Shown piece after piece: positions 1-10,912 of a stretch of 64,000 nucleotides of DNA. The stretch comes from Calcarisporiella thermophila CBS 279.70. Lineage: Eukaryota; Fungi; Calcarisporiellomycota. The notes beneath the pieces were generated by a model. The model had not been told where the DNA came from. It worked only from the letters and a program-made list of their open reading frames with translations, and made no database searches. Each line of letters opens with the position of its first letter. Position 1 is the stretch's first letter. The position numbers were made by a program, and so were the translations under genes. Where the stretch lies: assembly GCF_041956535.1 (NCBI RefSeq), contig NW_027192191.1, positions 1,506,087 through 1,570,086 of the forward strand, in the 5' to 3' direction.

Positions 1-172
1 CTCTCCTTTGCGTTTGAGCTTGGCAGTGGAGAACGTGGTGGCAAAGATGGCTGTACGGTAGCCTTCTGGAGCATACTTTCCTGTCAGGTTAAGAAGTGAG
101 ATGCTTGCCCATAGGGATACCGTCGGGTCCGATGCTGGTTTCTTCATTTCTCTTACGAGTTTGGGAAACCAT
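1..172 (-). CDS. Possible 5' end of a gene running off the left edge (unknown product)
   Basis: Minus-strand ATG at 172 (MVSQT) followed by a GTAAGA donor and a CTTAACCTGACAG branch/acceptor; the frame is then open to position 1. No recognisable domain. Confidence 0.3.
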
Positions 173-403
173 GATGCGAGTAAGGCAGTTGATTGTTGTC
201 TAGGGAGAATGAGACCTAGGCCTCCCTCCTCTCGCGTTTTAGAAAGGAGGCTAAGATTGATCTGCGGGCCTCGTCCATCCCATAGAAATTGTCGTAGGAT
301 TGTGTCCAGTTCTTTGAAGAAATCCGCGCGCTACGCCGTGTTCGCTAATTGTAATTTTACATATTTTGGTCGGGCAACGAATCGGTGTTCAATGTGAATG
401 ACA

Positions 404-476
404 GCCCAGCTAGCTCATCTGGGAGAGCGTTAGACTGAAGATCTAAAGGTACCTGGTTCGATCCCGGGGTTGGGCA
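404..476 (+). tRNA. tRNA-Phe (GAA), intronless
   Basis: Acceptor stem GCCCAGC/GTTGGGC plus discriminator A; D-arm TAGCTCATCTGGGAGAGC; anticodon arm TTAGA-CTGAAGA-TCTAA; T-arm CCTGG-TTCGATC-CCGGG. Confidence 0.97.
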
Positions 477-481
477 CAATA

Positions 482-491
482 TTTTTATTTT
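482..491 (+). terminator. Pol III T-run terminator of tRNA-Phe
   Basis: TTTTTATTTT immediately downstream of the tRNA. Confidence 0.7.
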
Positions 492-1079
492 ATAGAATAG
501 AACGTTTTATTTTATATTTTAAATAGCCAGAAGGAACTTATCGTTGGCGGAAGGAAAGGAAATAAATAGGGTAGAGCCCCGGTGGAGACCATTGCAGTTG
601 CTTACATGATACTCACAGCTTAATTAATTAATGCATCTGGATTGTCCCATTGCATAGTTCCACGCGATGATAAAAAAAAAAGCTCTAGCACGTCGAAACG
701 GGATATACAAGGATTTTGCATCCTCTTATCCCTATATAGAATTCAACACCCTCCAATGGCTCCCTCTTGTATTTGGCCCGTAAAGCCAAAAGAGGCTAGA
801 CTGGCACTTTCAGGGGTAATATATCGATTATCCTATTTGGAAATATAGCTTTTTGACATTTCATGTTGAGCTCTTTTGGGGTCATCTCGCGACTTCTACC
901 CTGGGGGATCCGAGCTTTTTCGATTTTTCCAGATTAAAGTTGAACATAATAGTTGCATTTCCATATTTGCTTCCGTTATAACTATTAGTTTTTGAGAGAG
1001 GATGATTTATTTCAGATTTCTACCCACAATGGAGCAACCAGTGTATGTCAAACCCTATAATCACATCGGATATAACGAA

Positions 1080-1570
1080 ATAGCTGATATTTTTTGAAGG
1101 CAAACCCCCGAGTTGAGATCCTGGGGAAATCTCTTCTCAAGTATGTACACGAAATGCTTCACTCCTAAGCGGTAAAAGTTGCATGCTTAGGATAACCGAG
1201 GTTTCACCCATATTTCCCACGGCTCAATGCACTTTTGAGCACTCATTTTTCAACACCTCTGCTGTCGTTGATTCAACTTTCTTGTACTCGTTGGAACACA
1301 ACCACCAGCGTACCGCCCACTAGTGCCTTGACATAACGCAATCATGGCTGTATGGCCAATATTTGGACGCAAATGATGCCTGTCGCGGTACATATAGTTG
1401 GTTACACTGCTGTGAATAAAAGCATAGCTAATTCCTCTTTCCGCTATATTGGTGGGTATCCCAGTTTTACCCGCTCCCTATTCCATCTCAGCTAGCGCCA
1501 CCAAGCTCTCCTTTCCATTCAAATCATATGATAATGGCTTCCAAGTAGACCCTATTTTGAATCTTTCATT
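1080..1570 (-). mobile_element. Possible highly degenerate Ty3/gypsy gag relic
   Basis: Stop- and frameshift-interrupted minus-strand translation gives AWWR*LRWNRERVKLGYPPI*RKEEL ... ALCQGTS ... NEYKKVE ... QLGGL, in the order of retrotransposon gag motifs (WW..., PI.TWEE, L.QG..SV.EY, FL.GL). Confidence 0.3.
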
Positions 1571-2421
1571 GGCCATGCATGGTGTAAGATCTCTCTCCTT
1601 TCTCGGAGTTGGGGAGTACCAGGCCCAAAGCCCAAAAGTATAGCAATATATATATTGACGTATTGAGCCTACTAATTTTGTGCACTTTCCATAAAGATCC
1701 ACCACTGGCCACCCGGTGGGAGCAGTGTATAAGCAATGTTGAGTTTTCTCTATGAAGCAGCAGTTTCCATTGCCCCAATGCACATCAAGATGAGCGTCTA
1801 TCTAGTGTGCCGGTGCGTATGAAAAGCCCGAAAAGCAGGATTCGCCTTATTAAATTAAAAAAACAGAAGGCATCGAAATTGGGCGTTGGTTTCAGACGGT
1901 GAAGGTCCATGAAACTTGGATTTCCCTTGTAACATCCGATTTGGGCATTTTCCTCTAAACTAGGGTTCATTGGCAGCAATCGAGGCATCCATAGGTGGAT
2001 TTTTTAATTTGCGTGCTGCTTGAGGTCCTTGGAGTAGCGCCTTCAAGAGGAAGGAGAGGCGAGCGCATGCGCGGTGGAGCTTGTGGGGGAGACGAAGAGG
2101 ACAGAGGCGAGCTGGCAAGAAGAGGGGCCTGGGGCGGCGGCAGTCCGTGGTCGAGGCCGATGGAGAGATATAGCATATGCAATTATGAAAAATTTTCCAA
2201 TCCTGGCTCGAGTTGGCGGAGATTCTCGATGTCTGGTGGAATATATGGAGAAAGGCAGCGGTAATCTTTTAATGATTTTTTTTTTTTATATTCTTCCCCC
2301 ATCCTTTATTTTCTATTTGCTGTGCTACTTTTGTTTTTTATTTCTGTTCTAGCCGTATTTTTCCTTCTCGCGATTGTACACTCGGACAGAGTTCTGCCCA
2401 CACGCCATTCTAGAGGGAGTA

Positions 2422-5002
2422 ATGCGAACGAATTACGGCCCTCATATGACAAGAGTATCTTGGATAGCGTTTTTTTGCCTTGGGACTGTTTCCGGCTCGC
2501 TCTTGAAGAGACAGCGCAATGAGACTCTACAGGTGGCACCGCTCCCGACGATAGTCGACTCCATCAGCGCGCCCTCATTCAACTTCACCGATCCCTATGC
2601 CTTGTATCCTATCCCGACCCCGGTTCAAACCCCGTATGATCAATACACAAGACTGCTGGGCGACTCATTGCTGTTCTACGAGATGCAGCGAAGCGGGAAA
2701 CTAGTCAACAACCGGATACCCTGGTGAGTGTTGCGTGATGCCGAGGGCTCTTTGGGTCGAGATTCTCACTCCCCTCCCTCCTCTCCCCTTTGTCCCATGC
2801 TTTCCTCCCTCCCTCCCTCCCCACCGTAGGAGACACGACTCTGGACTTGCAGACGGCGCTGATAACCGCGTTGATCTTGTGGGCGGATATTATGATGCGG
2901 GGGACTGTATGTGCTTCCTACAGCTTATTAGGCAGAGCTCTCGCATGTTTAACCGAAAAGATTGATGTCTCTAAATTTTTAGACGTGAAGGCCACGTTTC
3001 CGCTCTCATTCACACTTAATCTGATCAACTGGGGAGCATTAGAGTATTTTCAAGGCTATGTTTTGGCGGACCAGGCGGGGAATCTGAAAGACATGGTGAA
3101 GTGGGTAAGTCATTTGTCGCCGAGGTTAGTGTTTGAAGAAACGCCCCTTCATTTCTCTTCTGGGGGGCGTGCAGGGGACAGATTGGCTCATCAAGGCACA
3201 CAACGCGAACAACTCGCTCTATGTGCAAGTCGGAGATGGCTGGATAGATAACAACTATTGGGGTAAGGGTGGAGGGGAGGAGATTGTGCTGCTGGTTTTA
3301 ACAAGGGTCTAATCCTCCCTTTCGCCTGTGAAAGGACCTGATACAAATATCCCATCGCCGCGTCGTTCGTTCCGAGTCGATCCGCTGCACCCGGGGACGG
3401 ATGTGGCGGCGGAGACCGCCGCGGCGTTTGCCTCCTCTTCGCTACTTTTCCGCCGCCATTTCTCCAGCCCGGACTACGCAGCCCTATTGCTTCAGCACTC
3501 CAAGGAGCTTTTCCAGTTCGCCATGACGCCGCCGCTGCGGCGCTACAGCCAGGACCGGCATTTTCTGTACTCCAGCTCCGGCTTCGGAGATGAGCTCCTG
3601 TGGTCTGCCTTGTGGATGTACCGAGCCACGCGCAACGAGACCTATTTCGAGTTGGCGCGCGAGTTCTTGGACACCTATGGGCTGGGGGATGCCGTGTTGC
3701 CTGTGGACTGGGATTCCAAGCATGGGGCGGCCTATGTGCTCGGGGCGGCCTTGAGCTCGGGGCTGGATGGGCTGCCCGTGCTTGCCGATGCACCCCAGTG
3801 GAGGGCCCTAGCGGAGAGCTATTTGGATCGGCTCGTGGATGGGGTGTTTGGAACGCGAACACCAGATGGTCTCTTCTGGTTTGATGGATCAAGGTAGCCT
3901 ATTTACTGGAGAGGGGGGGGGGAGGGGAAGACCGAGGAATGACCGCAGCTAACCCTGATTCCCACGATTTTGCATTGTAGTGAGAACAATTCTCTGCCTG
4001 TGTCGCAGGCTACCTCCTTGCTCTGTTTCCTCTATAGCTCCACCACTCTCAGGGCGCACCCCCTGGGCAAGATCTCCAACTCTACCGTCGCCATCAAAGC
4101 AGCCAAATACGAGGAATTTGCAACCAAGCAACTAGGTGAGGATCTGAGGCGATTCGTGGTATGCATAGCGGGGATGGGACCGTTGACAGAACTTTCTTTT
4201 CTTTTTTTTATATTCTTCGATCCTAAAAGAATACCTCTTGGGGAACAACAGCGCCGGTCGTGTATACGTGGTCGGCGAGCACCCGTCGTCTCCAAAGAAT
4301 CCTCACCATGCGGGAGCCCATGGGGGCACCCATATTCATGATCTGATGAACCCTGCGCTGACCACCAACGTGCTTTTAGGAGGTGAGGAGCCCAATCACC
4401 TAAGAAAATCTCCCCGCTCTACTCTCTCTGACCCCTCCCCCCCCCTCTTGCTCTTTTAGCTGTGGTGGCTGGGCCCGATCGTATGGATTCCTTTATTGAC
4501 GATCGAAGAATATGGACGCAAACCGAGGTATGCCCGAGCTTTTATTTTTGGTTCAGAGTGGGCCGCCTCCTCACAGCGGCTCTTTGTATAAAAAAAATGA
4601 TAGCCTGCCCTCGATTATAATGCCCCATTTCAGTGCAATGTTGCCCGACAAGTACTGTACGCCACCAAGCCTCCTCGATTCATTCGGCAACCGGTGGAGC
4701 CACCGTCTCTTCAGCCCACCTCCGGCTGGAGAAACGAGTACCTGTGCGCGATCCTGATACCTCTTCTGGTAGGTTTGCCGGCAATGGGAGCGTTCCTTTG
4801 GTGGTGGCAACGGAGAAGACGAGAGCGGACGGGCAAGCATGAGGGAGAATTTAGGATGGGCGAGGTGAATGGCGAAATGCGTATACCCAAGGAGGAGCTG
4901 GTCGGCGGGAGCCCGGGGCCATCGGCATGTTCCACCCAGAATGATGAGGGCTCGGGCATGGAGAGTACGCTGGTGGAGGATGGCGACCGAGTTGTTAGCT
5001 AG
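2422..5002 (+). CDS. Glycoside hydrolase family 9 endoglucanase with signal peptide and C-terminal transmembrane helix (multi-exon)
   Basis: Spliced motifs [70 protein letters not shown]. Hydrophobic N-terminus from ATG 2446; TM segment [23 protein letters not shown] followed by RRRR. Confidence 0.93.
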
Positions 5003-5231
5003 TATTTATTCTCGAAACATTTCTAATGAATTTTAAGTTTAAGATCCCTCAACGTGAAGTCAGGTGACGCCTGCTAATAATTTAGCTCGATATTTTTTCC
5101 TCTTTTCTCACAAGTTCGAGGCTTTTTTTTCCTTTTCTCCTTTATCTCTCCCTCTGTTCTCCTCGGTTTACTCTGCAAATAAATTACCCAACTGTCTCCC
5201 ACCGCTTGCTTTAAACCCAGTATCAGACAAG

Positions 5232-5756
5232 ATGCCGCTCCAATTGAAGAATGGCGAAGAGCTTCTCGCCGGACATCCCCCTGCAAGTGAGCATTGTCAC
5301 ACATTTTACGGCTGGGCTCCCAGCCCTGGAATGGGATTCTCATGGGGAGGGGGAATGTTTCTCTTCTTGCTTTTGTAGACAAGATCGGCGGAATGCGCTG
5401 TGGCATGGCGAACCATGTACCCTTAAAGACGAGGTCAAGGTATGCATGTCCATTCTGACGCCACCGCCTGTCCTGCTGCTAACTGTGTGACTTTTGCACG
5501 CCTTTGTTCTGCCAGAGAGCAGACCAGCTCGCCCGATCATGCGAAGGAGGAGCAGGATGAGCGGGCCCTGCAACGCATCCACCAGGAGGCCGTGAAGCAG
5601 GAGCAACGGTCCCAGCTGATGGATCTCCAACGGCAGCAGCGGCAGCAGGCCTTGCACGACAAGCGCCAGCAGTCGCGTGGGGCGAAGAGCGTGCAGCAGC
5701 CCCGTTTGCACAACCACTTTGTATTGAGACCCAACCATATCCCGGAGAGCCTCTGA
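5232..5756 (+). CDS. DAP1: DAP (death-associated protein 1 / Dap1b) family small protein, 3 exons, 118 aa
   Basis: Exons 5232-5286, 5379-5439 and 5516-5756 (GT-AG) join in frame. The protein has AGHPPANKIGGMR (human DAP1 AGHPPAVKAGGMR) and SVQQPR (human HIQQPRK). Confidence 0.82.
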
Positions 5757-7240
5757 GCTAGAGGGAGGCTCTCGCTGGCGCTTGAGTTTGTTTTCTCTCG
5801 TTCTTCATCCCCCCAATATTTGTATAAAATCCCTTGAGGGCAAGCACATCTTTTCTGTCTTCTCTTTGTTTGCTTCTATCTTGACCCATATGTATGTGTA
5901 AGAACTTGTTGAATATGCTTATTCTCGTTTAGTGTACCGATTGAAAGTCAATTAAGTAAAAGGAGTGTAAATCCAGTGTATCCGGAAGGCGTACAATGGG
6001 GGAGGGGAGGCGAGCCAGGGGCCCTCCAGGCTGTGCCGGTGATAACGGGAAACGGGTGGACGGTATCACTACGTAATTTCCTGTGCTTCTTATTAGAGCA
6101 GGATGAGATAAGCGTGAGGGGGAGCCGCCACAGCCGAAAAAGGAGTGACACTGGCTGTGGTTTCAGACCTCTGCAGGCCCGGCGGGGGCGGGCAGTGATT
6201 GGCGGGCGACCCGCGGGTAATTTATTTCTCGCAAGGTTAATGCATTCTCCTTCTTCCGCGTCCTCGCCATGCTAAGCGATCAAGCCTGCGTCGGTTGACA
6301 AGATGTCCATCGCCGTGACGCACGATCACCGCCGCTGGGGGGGGGGGGGCTTTGCAGGGGGAGCAGAGTGGGCCACAAGCAAGGGCAAGGGCCGGCCGCA
6401 GCCGGCCCTGGATTTGCGGGGCGAGCTTCGGGCCACGCTGACTCACGCGCGCCTCAGCGGCACCAGCAGGGCCCGGCGGCATGATCCAGGGCCTTGCTGG
6501 AGGCGGGCTGCTGCGGGGTCTGGGTTGGGCGAGGCCGCGGGCGCTTGCCGTGTGGGCGGGGGGCGGCGGATGGGCTTCGCTCTTCCAAAAGCGTTGGCCA
6601 AATCGCCGCCAAACTCTCCGGAGCCGGCTGAGTGTGAAGCCAGGCAAACTCACCGGGCAGAGGGGAACGAGTAACGGCCTGTCGCGTGGTTTATTTAGAG
6701 TTTTTTTTTTTCCGCGCACTGGCCGTGTTGATTCGGCCCCAAACTTTTTTTTGTTCCTCGTTGGACAAGGAGGTGAGCGGTTTGCCTTTTTCTCTCACAC
6801 ACAAACGTTGCAGCGGCTCCCTCCCCTGTGCCTCCCGTGCTCTTTTATTTTGTGTTGTTCCCTGGCCCTCGCCTCTGCTCTCCCTCCCGGCGCCGCCTCA
6901 GCTGCTTGCTCCTTCTTCGTCTCTCTCATCCGGGCAGAGCATCCTTGACATGTCATCTGCTCTCTCGCTGTAATCGCCAGCCCACACGCCCTCAATCCCG
7001 CGAGATTACTAAAGCCGCATGCACTAACTGCACCCATCTCTGTAATTCGTATACCAATCCCATATATCTCTGCTGCTGTTAATTCTTGGATATCGCCGCA
7101 TATACTATTTAATCGCCGTCATTCGCACCCATTGTCATCCTCCCGTCGGCTTCTCCGGTCTATCTATCTCTCTCTCTCTGTTTGTCTAGCTGTCTGCCGG
7201 CCCACCCTCATACCTTGATACACACTCCTCTTTCGTTCGC

Positions 7241-9019
7241 ATGCATTCCCTCGACATGACGCAGCCGCAGCCCTACCAAAATGAGGAGATCTCCACCATC
7301 TTTGTCGTGGGCTTCCCCGACAACATGCAGGAGCGTGAGTTCCAGAACATGTTTACCTTCTCCACCGGGTTCGAGGCGGCCACCCTCAAGATCCCGCAGA
7401 GCATGGAGGACGAGAACGGGGCCCGGAAACAAATCGTAAGTACTGTGTGCACGGCCCTCGGTTGGGCCGGTAATGCTCTATGGATACTGATCAATCTCCC
7501 CCCCCCCCATTGCCCTGCAGATCGGCTTTGCCAAGTTCCGCACGCGTGAGGACGCCCTGCGCGCAAAGGATATGCTGAGCGGGCGCAAGGTCGATGCAGA
7601 CAAGGGCTGCACCCTCAAGGCCGAGATGGCCAAGAAGAACCTGCACACCAAGCGCGGGCTCTCCATCGACCACGGCCTGCGCCCGTTCACGCTGCCCCAG
7701 CCCGGCACCTCGCCGGCCGCCGCCTCGGTCGGCTCGGGCAGCCTGGGCGCCCGCCGATTCACCAGCCCCAGCTCGCTCAACCTCGCGTCGTCGAGGTACG
7801 ACCCCTTCAGCTCCGCGCCCCTGGCCTCCCCGCTCCCCAGCGACCTGCTCTCGCCACTGGAGTACGCCGACATCTTCTCCGAGATGCTCTCGCCCCCCAC
7901 GCCCACCACCCCCGGCACCTTCTCCGACCTGCTCGGCCGGCTGGACCTGCGCGACGAGGCCGGCGGCCCCAACGGCGCACACAACCCCAGCGCCGGCGCC
8001 GGCGCCGCTGGTGCTGCCCCGCTGCCCAAGCCGCCAAGTGCCGGCTGGGACGGGTCGCGCGCCGTCGGCTTCAACCGGCCCTCCTCGGGCAAGAACAGCC
8101 TACTGGAGGTGGACGTGGCCGGCTCGCCCGATCCCCTCGACTACCTGTCCAAGTCCACCCCGGCCCTGTCGGAGCGGGTGGGCGGGTTCGGCGGAGGGGG
8201 CGCGGGCATCAGCCCCTGGGCGGTGGACAGCCACGCGGCGCGCCTCGCCTCCAGCCTCCTCCCCTCCCCCTCGCTGCCCACCGGCGGCAACCCCTTGCGC
8301 CTCATGCACTCCGCCAACCCCGCCGACCAGAACCCGCCCTGCAACACGCTCTACGTCGGCAATCTCCCGCACGCCGCCAGCGAGGAGGAGCTGCGCCAGA
8401 TCTTCTCGCGGTGCAGCGGGTATAAGCGCCTCTGCTTCCGCACCAAGGCCAACGGGCCCATGTGCTTCGTCGAGTTCGAGAGCATAGAGCATGCGACGCG
8501 GGCGTTGAATGATCTCCAGGGGACGCCGTTGGCAAGCTCCGTCAAGGGCGGCATCCGGCTCTCCTTCTCCAAAAACCCGTTGGGGGTGCGGCAAACCCCG
8601 CCCGTCAACGGGTCCACCATGAACACCAACCCCTCCACCACCATCACCACCAGTTCCATCAGCACCAGCACCATCAACACCACCACCAGCAGCAGCAGTA
8701 CCACCACCAACACGACCTCCACTTCCACTACCGCCCCCCCCACCCCCTCCTCCCTCCCCCCCTCCTCCACTCACCACTGAACGGGACCAGCGGAAACGGC
8801 TTGGGCTCCATCCTGGGGAGCAAGGCCATCGCCCCCCCGCCCGGAGTCCTTCCCGCCATTGGCGGCGAACGGCCGCTCCCGATGCGGTCGGCAACGGCCC
8901 CCCCCCACAACGCATTCTACCTCCAGGACCTGAGAAGCCCCACCTCCCCACTCGCGGGCGGCCTGCCGTTTGTGATGGAGGGGCGCGAGGAAGCCTTCAC
9001 GTTCCATCCACAGCTTTGA
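7241..9019 (+). CDS. WHI3: Whi3/Scw1-family two-RRM RNA-binding protein; 0 frame stops at 8780, coding-like -1 frame continues to 9019
   Basis: RRM1 [22 protein letters not shown]...[11 protein letters not shown] (intron about 7436-7520). RRM2 [18 protein letters not shown]...[21 protein letters not shown]...[15 protein letters not shown] is diagnostic of Whi3/Scw1. Confidence 0.9.
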
Positions 9020-9415
9020 GTTCATTTTTCTTTCCCCCTATCTGTTGTTCGTTTCTGTTGTCTATTCTTCCTTTTCCTTAACTCCCCTTATTTTTTCCTC
9101 CTCGAATATATATATACTTTTTTATTATTTAGCATCCTAAACATTGGAAAGCGCATTTTTCTCTTCTCTCTCTTCTTTTCTCTTTATTTTTTCTTCTATT
9201 ATTTATTGATTCTATTATTTATCTGAAATCGTTTCTGGTTGTTTTTTTTTTTTTTTTCGTCAGGGGAATAAAGAGATTTTTTATAGGCAAACATGCTCAG
9301 CCATCAGGTATTTTTTTTTTTCAGTGACATAAAAAAAAACCAAAGGGAAATTTTCCCTGATTAGATCAGAGCTATTCACCTTTCCTTTTCCATCGTCGCC
9401 AATCAACATTCCAGG

Positions 9416-10647
9416 ATGAACGCGTCATCGAGCGGCCTCCAAAGACGGCGCGTTGCCGCCCCCCCCACCACCGAGGAGTCCCGTCGGCCGTCCGAGGAGG
9501 AGAAGGAGGAGGAACAGCCACGCTTTACCATAATGGAGGAGGTTCTTCTGTTGGGTTTGAAGGACAAACAGGTAAGCTATCTCCTCACCGCATGGGCCAT
9601 TCATCATCCCCCCCCCTCCATCTTAGTCATCCCTTGTCTCTGTTCCCCCCTCCCCCCTGTCAATTCGCTCTTGTACATTATTCACCAGTAGCTTACCTCT
9701 CTTTATAATGTTTTCATTGGAATGGGCGGATTTCAGGGGTATTTATCGTTCTGGAACGACAACATTAGCTACTGCCTTCGCGGATGTATTCTTATAGAGC
9801 TTGCCTTCCGTGGGCGAATAGCGATGGTTCCGGATCCCAATCGCCGGCGGCAGCCTTTGGCGGAGCGATTCATCGAGGTGATTAATGATGAGTCCACGGG
9901 GGAGGTGCTGCTGGATGAGGCGCTGAAGCTGATGAAGGCTAGCGAATACATGTCGGTCATGAACTGGATTGATCTCATGAGCGGTAAGGATCGATGTCCC
10001 TCGTGGCAATCCCTTTCTTTTTTCTTTTGGCTCTTTGCTCTCTCTTGCGTGTGTGTTGAAAAGGGTGTGCTCACTCGGGGCATCTTGCGTTTGCCCCCCC
10101 CTCTGCCTTTGCTAGGTGAGACCTGGAGCGTGATGAAGGCGGGGTATCAGCTCAAGCAGGTGAGAGAGCGCCTCGCCAAGGGGCTGGTAGACAAGGGGGT
10201 GCTGCGGACGGAGAAGCGCAACTTCCTCCTCTTCGATATGGCGACGCACCCCGTCAACGACTTTCGTGTCAAGGAGGAGATCGTGAACCGGGTGTGCTCC
10301 ACGCTGATTTCGCCGGTCGAGCCCGACCTTCGCACGGCCGCCATGGTCTGCGCCGCGTATGCTGCGAACGTGCTCGAAAATGCGCTGGTGACTCTGAGCT
10401 ACGAGCGCAGGGAGCAGGCGCTCACGCGGGTGGACGAGCTGCTGGGAGACTATAGCGTGTGGCCGATGCAGGGCAAGGCGGCGAACCGGTTTCTGGACAA
10501 GGGTGGCGAGCTGTGCATGGAGGTGGTGAGCGCCGTCTTGGACGTGTTCACAAAGGTGGATTCCATTGTAAGTGCCCATCTGCGCTTTCTCTCCGAGCTG
10601 TTTGCGCGCGAATCGCTAATGTCTTCCCCCTTCTGTGTTAGCTATGA
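9416..10647 (+). CDS. VPS74: Vps74/GOLPH3 Golgi phosphoprotein (4 exons)
   Basis: GLQRRRV N-terminus; TIMEEVLLLGLKDKQ/GYLSFWNDNISYCLRGCILIEL; QLKQVRERLAKGLVDKGVLRTEKRNFLLFDMATHP. Last mini-exon CTA TGA at 10642-10647. Confidence 0.96.
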
Positions 10648-10883
10648 ACCCCACGAAATACGAATGTGGTGTACTATAGGGACGAACTTAAATTTATATA
10701 TATATATATATTTCGACAAAAAGGCAAGACCTTTATTTTTTTCTTAAAATCAAAAAAGCCTCCCTTCCTTCCCCCTTGAGAAGACAATTTTCCCCTCGCT
10801 ATCTAGGCTCAGGAGAGACGGGGCTCTCTTCCCCTTATTTTTTTTTTTTACAGCTTTTCCTCTTCTCTCTTTCCCTCATTAAT

Positions 10884-10912
10884 TATATATATATATGTGT
10901 GTGTGTGTGTGT
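10884..10912. repeat. (AT)n(GT)n compound microsatellite
   Basis: tatatatatatatgtgtgtgtgtgtgtgt. Confidence 0.85.

Noticed and set aside
5948-7082. Many overlapping ORFs upstream of WHI3
   Set aside because: GC-rich promoter/5' UTR with homopolymer runs; the peptides are compositionally random, with no domains or splice support.
8778-8780. TGA as selenocysteine or readthrough in WHI3
   Set aside because: No redox motif, no TGA-CTA context and no evident SECIS; the coding-like sequence downstream is in the -1 frame, not frame 0.
7478-8951. Long antisense and alternate-frame ORFs over WHI3 (also over GH9, VPS74 and GCN4)
   Set aside because: Expected shadow ORFs from high GC3 codon usage.
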